Below are positions 1 through 7,089 of a stretch of 20,000 nt of DNA, piece by piece. The DNA is from an uncultured virus (IMG/VR IMGVR_UViG_3300037991_004722) (lineage: Duplodnaviria; Heunggongvirae; Uroviricota; Caudoviricetes). The stretch is from positions 53,970 to 73,969 of IMG/VR virus record IMGVR_UViG_3300037991_004722, one strand, 5' to 3'. The notes under the pieces were generated by a model that worked only from the letters and a program-made list of their open reading frames with translations, made no database searches and had not been told where the DNA came from. Each line of letters starts with the position of its first letter. Position 1 is the stretch's first letter. Made by a program: the position numbers and the translations under genes.

Positions 1-56
1 TCCACCTCAAACGCAGGGGGCATCACGCACCCGTCGCACTTTCCGCACTTCTCCAT
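1..56 (-). CDS. 5' end of a Cys-rich hypothetical protein (MEKCGKCDGCVMPLRLRW...), runs off the window
   Basis: ATG at 56-54 overlaps the upstream TGA (TGATG) and follows GGAGGTGAG; CxxCxxC motif. Translated by hand. Confidence 0.6.
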   Translation of the reverse strand, partial: MEKCGKCDGCVMPPAFEV

Positions 57-256
57 CACTCACCTCCTTCGTCTTTGGTGCGCTGCCAGGCAGCAAATAC
101 ATCGCCAAGAGTCTTGCCTTCCGGGTATGACTGCGCGAGATAGTCCTCAGCACGCAGCCCTTTCTGCGGCGTGTCCGAGTACGGGGCACTGGCATCATCA
201 TCATTCCAGTCACACTCATCGTGAATGGTGAGATCGTTTTCGTCTGGTGTGAGCAT
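56..256 (-). CDS. hypothetical acidic phage protein, 66 aa
   Basis: ORF track; TAATG overlap with the upstream gene, GAGGTGAG SD, ends in GGE like its neighbours. Confidence 0.75.
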   Translation of the reverse strand: MLTPDENDLTIHDECDWNDDDASAPYSDTPQKGLRAEDYLAQSYPEGKTLGDVFAAWQRTKDEGGE

Positions 257-951
257 TACTCACCTCTCAGTTTCTTGGTGTTGCCTTGCGAGTCGATGCC
301 CGCGCTCAGGTTCATACTCTTTCCGGCATCGTAGCCAGCGGCACTGTGGCCGTACTCACTCGAAGCCTTTGCGCTGCCGAATGAGAAGTTGCTGTCCACC
401 CACTCGCTCACCGCTTGACTGCGGCTGCGGACCAAGGCAAAGCCCTGCACGTTGTCGCGCTCGGCATCCTTGCGGATGTGGTACAGCTTGTGCCTCAGGC
501 CATCCACTGCGCTGCGCCGGAAGTTGTTGCCGAGTGTGCGCTTGCCCGGCATGCCAGCAGGAAACTGGCTCGTGTACTCACGGGCCTGGTTCTCAATCTG
601 GCGCTCGCAGATAGAATACAGGTACTTCATCAGTTCAATGTCAGTGCGGTGCCCGTAGATGTGCAAGGTCTGGCCAATGTGGTGGCCTGACAAGTAGGCC
701 ATGCGGCAGTTGCAGTGTTGCGCGATGGCGTTGGCAAGGAGCCTGCGCCACACACTTGAACGGGTCTGAATGCTCTGCTGCTCCATTGGGTCATGTTCAG
801 CAGCACGGTCCACGTCGATGCTCGCCATGTCGATGGCGTGGGCGGCCATCATTCGGCTGGCGAGCTTCGCGGCGGTCTCCCCCTCAGGGGTGCCGTCTTG
901 GTTCCGGGCGAGGCGCATCAGCTTTTCAATCTTGGCAATGATTGGGTTCAT
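256..951 (-). CDS. DUF2786-domain protein, 231 aa
   Basis: N-terminus IIAKIEKLMRLA..GTPEGETAAKLASRMMAAHAI matches the DUF2786 pattern (KI.KLL.LA....E...A...A..LM..H.I); the C-terminal W...LA..IA....C, YG...D and AGY.AG motifs are typical of the family; GGAGG SD. Confidence 0.85.
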   Translation of the reverse strand: MNPIIAKIEKLMRLARNQDGTPEGETAAKLASRMMAAHAIDMASIDVDRAAEHDPMEQQSIQTRSSVWRRLLANAIAQHCNCRMAYLSGHHIGQTLHIYGHRTDIELMKYLYSICERQIENQAREYTSQFPAGMPGKRTLGNNFRRSAVDGLRHKLYHIRKDAERDNVQGFALVRSRSQAVSEWVDSNFSFGSAKASSEYGHSAAGYDAGKSMNLSAGIDSQGNTKKLRGE

Positions 952-1118
952 CGCTTGCCTCCTTGGGTGTTGATGGATTGCAGGAGAGCGTCATACGTCT
1001 TCTGGTTTCCGATGATGTCTCGCTCTTTACGAGTCAGGTGTTGAAAGTTGTCGGACACGTCCTCCAATGAGTACCGGAGCAGCGCGTCCTTGATTGCGTT
1101 CAGTTCTTGTTGGGTCAT
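948..1118 (-). CDS. hypothetical protein, 56 aa (MTQQELNAIKDALLRYSLEDVSDNFQHLTRKERDIIGNQKTYDALLQSINTQGGKR)
   Basis: Hand-translated (below ORF-track cutoff); fills the gap exactly and has an ATGA overlap with the DUF2786 gene. Confidence 0.8.
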   Translation of the reverse strand: MTQQELNAIKDALLRYSLEDVSDNFQHLTRKERDIIGNQKTYDALLQSINTQGGKR

Positions 1119-1124
1119 GATTCT

Positions 1125-1153
1125 CCCTTAACCGGTTCGGTGAAGTATGGCAA
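1125..1153 (-). promoter_or_regulatory. putative promoter TTGCCA-N17-TAAGGG
   Basis: Same architecture as the copies at 5831-5859 and 7090-7118; shares CTTGCCATAC..CGAAC..GGTTAAG with the 5831 copy; lies just after a terminator. Confidence 0.6.
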
Positions 1154-1171
1154 GTGTGCAGTTGATGGTGA

Positions 1172-1194
1172 AGGAAAGCCCCCCGAAGGGGGCG
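1172..1194 (-). terminator. putative intrinsic terminator
   Basis: Minus strand GCCCCC-TTCG-GGGGGC followed by TTTCCTT, just after the stop at 1201. Confidence 0.65.
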
Positions 1195-1200
1195 GTTGGT

Positions 1201-1533
1201 TTACTCCTCACCGGATTCGGCGAGCATGTCGGCGAAAGCACGAGCCCAGCAGAGAAGAATCTCGCGGTGGCTCAGAGGCTGCTCGACCCCGTCCTTCGGT
1301 TCCTTCCATGGCAGGACTACCCAAGGGTTCTGTTGGATGCGCTCCCAAGTGTCGGAAGTCAGGAATGCGAACGACCAGCCAGGGTTGTCGGGCGCGGTGA
1401 CCATGACGCTGCTTTCAGGATGCTTGCCAAAGGTGAACAGTGCCGATGCGTCGGGATGCTCGAAGCTCACACCATGGCGAGACATTTGAAGGCGGGACTT
1501 GCGGAAGCCCAGCTTGCTGAGCCGAGCGGACAT
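1201..1533 (-). CDS. hypothetical protein, 110 aa (may start at in-frame ATC 1557)
   Basis: ORF track; co-oriented with the cluster and followed by a terminator. Confidence 0.75.
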   Translation of the reverse strand: MSARLSKLGFRKSRLQMSRHGVSFEHPDASALFTFGKHPESSVMVTAPDNPGWSFAFLTSDTWERIQQNPWVVLPWKEPKDGVEQPLSHREILLCWARAFADMLAESGEE

Positions 1534-1638
1534 TTGACGATTTGTGATGGGTTTGATGGGACACCTCCTGTGTGTCTGGGGTTGGTTGGTTTGCCTCTCA
1601 CCCTACAGAACGAGAGGGATTATTCTCATGGACATAGG

Positions 1639-1878
1639 TCAGTAGTCGTACCCGTCGATGGGTCCGTCTTCGACGGAGTCGAGTTGAGGAAGCGTAAGCT
1701 CCTGCGGGCATCCGCTCTTGCACACTGGCTTCCCATCGTGGATCTCAATCCAGTCTCCGCACTTGCGGCACTTATCTTCGACCTCGACCATGGTCGGGTT
1801 GGGCATGTGGCACTTGCGGCACACATGCAGGTCACCCCAAAATGTATCGTAAGCGTTGCAGCATTCAGTCAACAGCAT
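1639..1878 (-). CDS. Cys-rich, double zinc-ribbon-like protein, 79 aa
   Basis: ECC, CRKC, CRKC and CKSGC motifs; GGAGGTGAG-TGATG coupled start. Confidence 0.75.
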   Translation of the reverse strand: MLLTECCNAYDTFWGDLHVCRKCHMPNPTMVEVEDKCRKCGDWIEIHDGKPVCKSGCPQELTLPQLDSVEDGPIDGYDY

Positions 1879-2177
1879 CACTCACCTCCTTTAGAGAAGC
1901 CGGCGTCCTTGGCGAGGTCCCATGCAGCGTTTCGCAGGTCCGCTTCAGCCTGTGTGTCATGTCTCGGTTCTTTACCGAAGACTTCAACCCACGCGTCAAA
2001 CATCGCCATGTTGGAATCCCACTTTTCGTGAGTCGCGCAACAGCCGTGTCGGTAGTCAGTCGTTGGCAGTGCCGCGTATTTCTTGTTCTGCTCATCAATC
2101 CATCGCAACTGGCTATCGGTGCCCCACGTTTGGATGACACGAATGAATGCATTCGCGAGTTTCTGTACGTCTTCCAT
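1878..2177 (-). CDS. hypothetical protein, 99 aa
   Basis: ORF track; TGATG coupling at both ends; CATH...D.NMAM..AW motif; ends KGGE. Confidence 0.8.
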   Translation of the reverse strand: MEDVQKLANAFIRVIQTWGTDSQLRWIDEQNKKYAALPTTDYRHGCCATHEKWDSNMAMFDAWVEVFGKEPRHDTQAEADLRNAAWDLAKDAGFSKGGE

Positions 2178-2299
2178 CACTCACCTCCCTTGCTAAGTCG
2201 TACGTCTGAATGTTTGCTAAATGCGATGATGAATGGGGCGGCCATGAACAACGGCAGCGCCATGCAGAAGAGGGTGTGAAGGTCGTTGGGGTCAATCAT
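2177..2299 (-). CDS. small membrane protein, 40 aa (MIDPNDLHTLFCMALPLFMAAPFIIAFSKHSDVRLSKGGE)
   Basis: ATG placed after the GGAG of the intergenic repeat; one hydrophobic segment. Confidence 0.7.
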   Translation of the reverse strand: MIDPNDLHTLFCMALPLFMAAPFIIAFSKHSDVRLSKGGE

Positions 2300-2339
2300 T
2301 TGTTGCTCCGGTTGGGGGCTTGCGCCCCAGGTTGAGGGT

Positions 2340-2561
2340 TCACCCTTGGGGGCACTTGGTTCCTTGCGTTGTCTCCCACTCGCGGCAGCCTTCGCAGATG
2401 TAGCCGCCGTCGATTCGGCTCGTGGCGTTGAAGGCGATGGGCTCAAGCAGTGGGTTGCTGCACCCTTCGGTGGTGCATCGGAACTGGTGGGTGTGGTTGA
2501 ACTTGACGATACCGGCAGCGATGGCCGCGGCCAGTCGGGTATTGTCTCGTGGGTAAAGCAT
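2340..2561 (-). CDS. putative Zn-binding hypothetical protein, 73 aa (MLYPRDN...)
   Basis: Start reassigned to the ATG after the repeat SD; CTTEGC and CEGC motifs. Confidence 0.75.
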   Translation of the reverse strand: MLYPRDNTRLAAAIAAGIVKFNHTHQFRCTTEGCSNPLLEPIAFNATSRIDGGYICEGCREWETTQGTKCPQG

Positions 2562-2604
2562 GTTTGCTCCTGTGGGGCACGGGGCCCCGGTTCGGGTTGA
2601 GGGT

Positions 2605-2685
2605 TTAGGCGGTTCGGTTTCTTGCTTCTTCAAGCAATGCCGCGAGTTCTTCCATGGTCCAGTCTGGCGTCGGTCCTCCGGGCAT
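2605..2685 (-). CDS. microprotein, 26 aa (MPGGPTPDWTMEELAALLEEARNRTA)
   Basis: Hand-translated; GAGGAG SD, TAATG overlap, and its stop abuts the intergenic repeat. Confidence 0.6.
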   Translation of the reverse strand: MPGGPTPDWTMEELAALLEEARNRTA

Positions 2686-2858
2686 TAGTCCTCCTCGATG
2701 ACCGTTACGGTCACGGTGTCGGGGTCGGCCTCGCAATACTCGCTGACGTTGTCTTCAAGGGCTGGCTCGCCACGACCGATAGCCGCGACGACGCGAGCCT
2801 TGAGGGTCTCGGGGTCAATGTTTGTGTCAAAGTCAATGGTGATTCGGATGGTGTCCAT
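2685..2858 (-). CDS. acidic hypothetical protein, 57 aa (MDTIRITIDFDTNIDPETLKARVVAAIGRGEPALEDNVSEYCEADPDTVTVTVIEED)
   Basis: Hand-translated; preceded by a repeat with GGAG SD. Confidence 0.8.
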   Translation of the reverse strand: MDTIRITIDFDTNIDPETLKARVVAAIGRGEPALEDNVSEYCEADPDTVTVTVIEED

Positions 2859-2879
2859 GGTATTTGCTCCGGTTGAGGG

Positions 2880-3254
2880 TTAGGCGGGTTCGACTGCGGT
2901 TGCCCAGCGAAACAGTGGCTCAGGGAGGAAGCCGCCTGCCCTGAGGTGTTCGGCCATCTCATACAATGATTGGTAGCGGTCACGATTCTGCCCTCGGTGA
3001 TTCCTTTCATAGCAGGCGTCATACGAGAAATACTTGGCGAATGACGGCTGGCTCTCGTGAATCAAGACAAGCACGGCATTCTCCCCGAGAGTCTCTCCCC
3101 GGTTGCGCCACTCCTCACCGGAGAGAAACGTGACACCCTCCAAGTTCAGGTCCGGTTCGATGGAGGCGATGCGCTCAACGATGCGCGTGGCAGCTTTGAG
3201 TGAGTCGCCGGCCAAGTGCGACAGGTTGGCGGTTCGGATGGTCGATGGAATCAT
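2880..3254 (-). CDS. hypothetical protein, 124 aa
   Basis: ORF track; bounded exactly by two repeat copies. Confidence 0.85.
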   Translation of the reverse strand: MIPSTIRTANLSHLAGDSLKAATRIVERIASIEPDLNLEGVTFLSGEEWRNRGETLGENAVLVLIHESQPSFAKYFSYDACYERNHRGQNRDRYQSLYEMAEHLRAGGFLPEPLFRWATAVEPA

Positions 3255-3299
3255 GGTTGCTCCGGTTAAATGGTGGGGCGCGGGGCCCCGGTTGAGGGT

Positions 3300-3746
3300 T
3301 TAGTAGCCAGCGGCTACAGCGTTGGCGTCGTAGTACTCGTGGCTGTCCTCGGTCCATTCGGGCCAGCCGGGTTGTTTTTCCCAAGTGGTCACACACGCGT
3401 GGGCAGTGGTGCCGTCGTAGTCGGTGAATGCTTCCCACCGTTCACCAGTCGGGCGGTTCACTGTCGCCGATCGAAGCCTGTCCACAGGGCAGAACTGGAC
3501 GAACTGGTTGGACATGTAGCCATCGCAGTCGCTGCCTTCATTGAAGTAGGTGCGGGTGACTTGTTGGCCGTCGTAGGTCCACTCGATGATAGTCCGGTCG
3601 TAGCCCTCATCGGTGGGCGTGAATCGGTGGTGGCGCAAGGTCTGGTCGGGCTTCAGTTCGATGACGACATCGCCGCCGTTCACGTAGTCCTTGAATCGCA
3701 CCTTGGTGGGAAGTTGCAACATGACTGTACACATTCGCATTTTCAT
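3300..3746 (-). CDS. hypothetical protein, 148 aa
   Basis: ORF track; bounded by repeats; TDEGY, DCDG and D..A.AAGY motifs. Confidence 0.85.
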   Translation of the reverse strand: MKMRMCTVMLQLPTKVRFKDYVNGGDVVIELKPDQTLRHHRFTPTDEGYDRTIIEWTYDGQQVTRTYFNEGSDCDGYMSNQFVQFCPVDRLRSATVNRPTGERWEAFTDYDGTTAHACVTTWEKQPGWPEWTEDSHEYYDANAVAAGY

Positions 3747-3788
3747 GGTCGCTCCAATGGGGCGCGGGCCCCGGTTGTGGGTTGGGGT

Positions 3789-3872
3789 TTAGTGGCGCGG
3801 TGTTCCACAGCAACGGCAGCGTGTGCGGGTTCCGCTGTTTACTGCTCCGCACTTGAAGCATTTCCAGTACAT
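3789..3872 (-). CDS. stand-alone RanBP2-type zinc-finger microprotein, 27 aa (MYWKCFKCGAVNSGTRTRCRCCGTPRH)
   Basis: Hand-translated; exact W-x-C-x2-C-x3-N-x6-C-x2-C spacing; bounded by two repeat copies. Confidence 0.8.
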   Translation of the reverse strand: MYWKCFKCGAVNSGTRTRCRCCGTPRH

Positions 3873-3907
3873 GGGGTCTCCAATGGGGCACGAGGCCCCG
3901 GTTAGGG

Positions 3908-4249
3908 TTAGGAAGCGTTGCGTTTGGGCCATCGACCCGTCTTACCGTCTACCAGTTGCCAAAACGTCTGACAGTCGAACTCCACCCAACCAAGGTCGAC
4001 CGCACCCTGAAGAACTTCCTGGGGTGTTTTGCCTTCGGAGTATGTGGGAAACTCGCGGATATCGAACTTCCATGCGTTTGGGCGCGGGTCCATGGTGAAG
4101 AAATACGCGGACGGCAACGTGTAGTCGTCGTCGATGTACGTGTGGTAGATGTTGTATGGAATCACCTGTTGCAGCCCTTCGGGGTGGTCGTCGTATTGAC
4201 GGACGATGCAAGCAAGGTCGGGGGCCATATATTTTTTCAGCCAAGGCAT
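3908..4249 (-). CDS. hypothetical protein, 113 aa
   Basis: ORF track; bounded by repeats. Confidence 0.8.
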   Translation of the reverse strand: MPWLKKYMAPDLACIVRQYDDHPEGLQQVIPYNIYHTYIDDDYTLPSAYFFTMDPRPNAWKFDIREFPTYSEGKTPQEVLQGAVDLGWVEFDCQTFWQLVDGKTGRWPKRNAS

Positions 4250-4303
4250 GGGTCGCTCCGGTGATGATAGTGGGGCACGGGGCCCCGGTGAGGGGTAAAG
4301 GGT

Positions 4304-4612
4304 TTACGAGTGGGCCAGTGCGCTACCAAAGGCGCGATACCATGCGACACAAAGCGGATTCGAGAGTTCAGCTTCGGGCACAGTCCAGTCAACGGGCGCG
4401 GCATCCTGAGCATGCAATGCCGCTGCGCGTATCTTCGCGAGGCTCGCTTGGACGTTGTACACGCTCGCAGGCATGGCCTTGCCGCTGTCTACGTGAGTGA
4501 GGCTGTAGATGCTGCGGCTGCCGGTGATAACCAGACCAGCTACACCTGAGGGGCGAGCCCGCACGGTATCAACGCCGCGCGGTCCATCGGTCGCAATTTG
4601 AACTGTCTTCAT
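4304..4612 (-). CDS. hypothetical protein, 102 aa
   Basis: ORF track; bounded by repeats; YSLTHVDSG motif. Confidence 0.8.
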   Translation of the reverse strand: MKTVQIATDGPRGVDTVRARPSGVAGLVITGSRSIYSLTHVDSGKAMPASVYNVQASLAKIRAAALHAQDAAPVDWTVPEAELSNPLCVAWYRAFGSALAHS

Positions 4613-4639
4613 GGGGTCTCCAGAGTGAGGGGTGAGGGG

Positions 4640-5341
4640 TTAGGCCGCGCGCTTGGTAGCCTTGCCGGGGCTGTGGTCGATGAAGCCAACGACCGGGCCC
4701 GCTTTGGAGCCGTCGCACAACCGGCAGGTGTTGCAGGTTACAATCTCGGGCTGCAGTTGAGCCGGGCAAACGATGCCCCGGTTGCCATCGGGGGTGTCAA
4801 AGGTCCGGCCCTCGAAGTCTTCGGGCAGTACAACCACGGCCCGCCACCCGTCCGCAATGGCGGCATCGGCCTGCTCCATCGTCTCGCATGAGGCCATGAT
4901 ATGACCCTTCCAACGCTTCGCAATGTCCATGGCCCACCCGTGGGTGTAGCCAACCAAGGCGAGCCCTTCGTCCCTGACGGCCTTGCGAATGTACGCCCCA
5001 TCAATAGGGGAGAGGGCCGCCGGGTCGCCGATGGAGCCGAGCCGAACCATGCGAGCGGCCCGCGATGCATTGGCCAGCGCACCCCGGAGGCTGTACCGCT
5101 TACCCTTTGCGTGAGCCTTGACCATCGCGGCATGCGAGAACGACGGGGTCCCATGCTGCGAATAGCAAAGGGGCTTATCTCCACCGCCCTCACCGCCGTG
5201 CTTTTTGTGCAGCAACGGACAGCCGACGGCGCGGCATGAGTCCAGCGATTCCTCACGGGTTGCCCCGATGGCAATGGTCGGGACGTTGCCTGTCTTGATG
5301 TTCTTGGTGGTAGCGGTCGCGAGGTAAGAGGGGAAGGGCAT
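4640..5341 (-). CDS. conserved Cys-rich phage protein, Gp88/DUF7227-like, 233 aa
   Basis: Start at MPFPSY after the repeat SD; motifs N.KTG, C..GCP..CY, RLG..GDP, GYTH.W, MAS.E, GWR, CPAQ...TCNTCRLC, GF..H (family recalled, not searched). Confidence 0.7.
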   Translation of the reverse strand: MPFPSYLATATTKNIKTGNVPTIAIGATREESLDSCRAVGCPLLHKKHGGEGGGDKPLCYSQHGTPSFSHAAMVKAHAKGKRYSLRGALANASRAARMVRLGSIGDPAALSPIDGAYIRKAVRDEGLALVGYTHGWAMDIAKRWKGHIMASCETMEQADAAIADGWRAVVVLPEDFEGRTFDTPDGNRGIVCPAQLQPEIVTCNTCRLCDGSKAGPVVGFIDHSPGKATKRAA

Positions 5342-5363
5342 GGGTGCTCCGGTGGTTTGTGGT

Positions 5364-5534
5364 TTAGTTACGGTCCCAAAGAACTTCGACAAGCGCGCCA
5401 AACAAGTGGACCGAGAGGTAGCCGACCTCTTCATGCGGGGCGTCGAAGTTGTGAAATACGCCGAAGGGTGTTCGGCCTTTGGTGGGTCCATATGAAAGAA
5501 ACGTGAGACGCGAACCGAAAAGGTTGATGGACAT
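5364..5534 (-). CDS. hypothetical protein, 56 aa (MSINLFGSRL...), first gene of the array
   Basis: ATG after ACCGGAGCCCTC; stop abuts a repeat. Confidence 0.7.
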   Translation of the reverse strand: MSINLFGSRLTFLSYGPTKGRTPFGVFHNFDAPHEEVGYLSVHLFGALVEVLWDRN

Positions 5535-5830
5535 GAGGGCTCCGGTGGCCCGTACTGTGGGCCAGTTGTCCCCCCTTTTTGGACAGCGAAAAGTAACGGG
5601 GGGAACGGGGTTTATTTGAAATGGCCTAACCGTCCTGTACCTTTTTCTAAAAAAAGTAAACGGGTATACGGTAAGGGTAGAAAGGGAATTTCGGGGGATT
5701 GAAAAGGTTCGGCAATAGGTACGGGACGGTTGGGACAAATCGAGATTGTGCAGGTTTACCCGTGGGTTTTCGTGGGTCCATGGTTCGGGACAGTTTGAAC
5801 ACTTGGCACACCCCTCCGGTTTACGTACAT

Positions 5831-5869
5831 CACTTAACCACGTTCGCCGGGTATGGCAAGGGGGGCAGG
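5831..5869 (-). promoter_or_regulatory. putative promoter CCTGCCCCCC-TTGCCA-N17-TAAGTG driving the small-gene array
   Basis: 16-bp CCTGCCCCCCTTGCCA identical to the 7113-7128 copy; 17-bp spacer. Confidence 0.6.
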
Positions 5870-6104
5870 GTTCAGGACAGGGTACGGGACACGGGGGCCA
5901 AAGACCCGCCGAAACTCACCGGGAACCGGACAGAATCTGTCACGGGGGAGGGTGCGTCTGGTCGCGCGGGTCGTTCGCGGTCGTTTTTAAAACCCCATCG
6001 GCTTAGCCATATCCAAGGTTACAAGCCGGATATCACGCGCCGGGGTTGACAGGTCAAACGAACCGCTGAGGTATCACGCGAGGGTTGAGATTGAGGCCCG
6101 ACGG

Positions 6105-7083
6105 ACGGAAAAAACCGCGTCAGTCTGAGCTAACCCGCGTTGCCCCTGCATAGTTCGCGGGTGTTGTACGGGTTCCGGGTGAATGCCCCCCAACGGTCAA
6201 GCGTTCCGGGGGCGGTAGAGGTCCGCCACGCGCCGGGCTCAAACCCCCTCGAAACGCAGGGGGAGCCCAGGCGCGGGCTATGTAAACGTGCGCCCTGTGC
6301 TATCGGCGGTGCCAGCCCGGACGCCCGACTGACTGCGTACCCTGAGCGTGTCCCCGTCAGGGAAGGGTAATGGTGAGGAGAGGGGGCCCCTAAGCCCCGT
6401 CTTCCAGTACTTGCGTTCGAACCATTAGGGTGATTCTACTAACGTACCGCTGTCATTTGATACGCTCCATAGCGTGCCCCCACGAGGGGCCGGGGATTCG
6501 AACCCCGCGTCTGTTGACTGCCTCAAAAAGTGGCGGTGATTTTCGCGCTCACCGGGGCGCACTGCTACCCGTGGCCACGGCACACGGGGCCCCCGGATAT
6601 CGCACCGGGGCGGGCGGCTCGTTTTTTAGACTGTGGAGAGCTATCCACCGGCCTTGTTTAGGTGGCCCCTTTAGCGGGGCCGGGTATCGGGTCCCCCTCG
6701 CGTCAGGCTATGCCGCCGGGGGTCATGGTGTCAGGTGTCTTCAATCACCTATGCACATGGGTGGACTCTTCACCGATTCGGCTCACCCGCTTGCTGGGGT
6801 CGTGGCCACTTGACGCTCCTACCTTCGCTCCTGCTGTCGCTCACTTGAGCCCCGACCGTGGCCGGGTTCCTCGCTCGTGTTGTTGCTTGGCTTCGCTTGT
6901 GACTTTCAGCGGGCGACAGAGTCCTCCCCTTAGTTGTCATCGGTGGCCGGGTTCGTGTGCCCGGCTTGCGCCTCGGAATGCTTTGGCCCTGCAGGCCGCC
7001 GCTGATTCGAGTTTGCACCCATTGTCTTATTCGAGATTTGAAAGAGCGTGTCTGGTTTGTTTCCGGGGTGTTTCCCTTTCCAC
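6105..7083 (-). ncRNA. candidate large structured non-coding RNA (~1 kb; boundaries approximate)
   Basis: Upstream promoter; no credible CDS; more than 12 hairpins, nested long-range helices, T-loop CGGGGTTCGAATCCCCG at 6491-6507. Confidence 0.5.
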
Positions 7084-7089
7084 ACAAAC

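Larger units (their letters stand above)
2300..5563 (-). repeat. family of ten intergenic stop-linker-(hairpin)-SD modules at 2300-2339, 2562-2604, 2859-2879, 3255-3299, 3747-3788, 3873-3907, 4250-4303, 4613-4639, 5342-5363 and 5535-5563
   Basis: Consensus in mRNA sense: stop-(A)CCCTCAACC-GGGGC-N4-5-GCCCC-A..-(CC)GGAG(C)-N3-6-ATG. Six copies carry the invariant GGGGC/GCCCC stem, three lack the hairpin, and the most upstream has GGCCC/GGGCC. Confidence 0.9.

Noticed and set aside
1147..2031. 294-aa plus-strand ORF (also 3270..3905 + and other plus ORFs in the left arm)
   Set aside because: Antisense shadows of the SD-supported, tightly packed minus-strand genes in high-GC DNA.
2859..4646. Classical integron attC sites (GCCTAAC with the stop codon inside RYYYAAC at 2880 and 4640)
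   Set aside because: Only a few copies fit, there is no matching GTTRRRY before the next gene, spacers are shorter than typical attC sites, and there is no integron integrase in the window.
2300..5563. CRISPR array
   Set aside because: Repeats are degenerate and separated by whole genes of 84-702 bp rather than uniform spacers; no cas genes.
5342..5738. N-terminal extensions of ORFs 4640..5491 and 5364..5738 (similarly 2177..2446 and 2340..2633)
   Set aside because: They read through repeat modules or neighbouring genes; the internal ATGs after GGAG fit the array pattern better.
6440..6560. Bona fide tRNA or tmRNA gene
   Set aside because: Only the T-arm is canonical; no acceptor stem, D arm, anticodon arm or tag ORF could be built.
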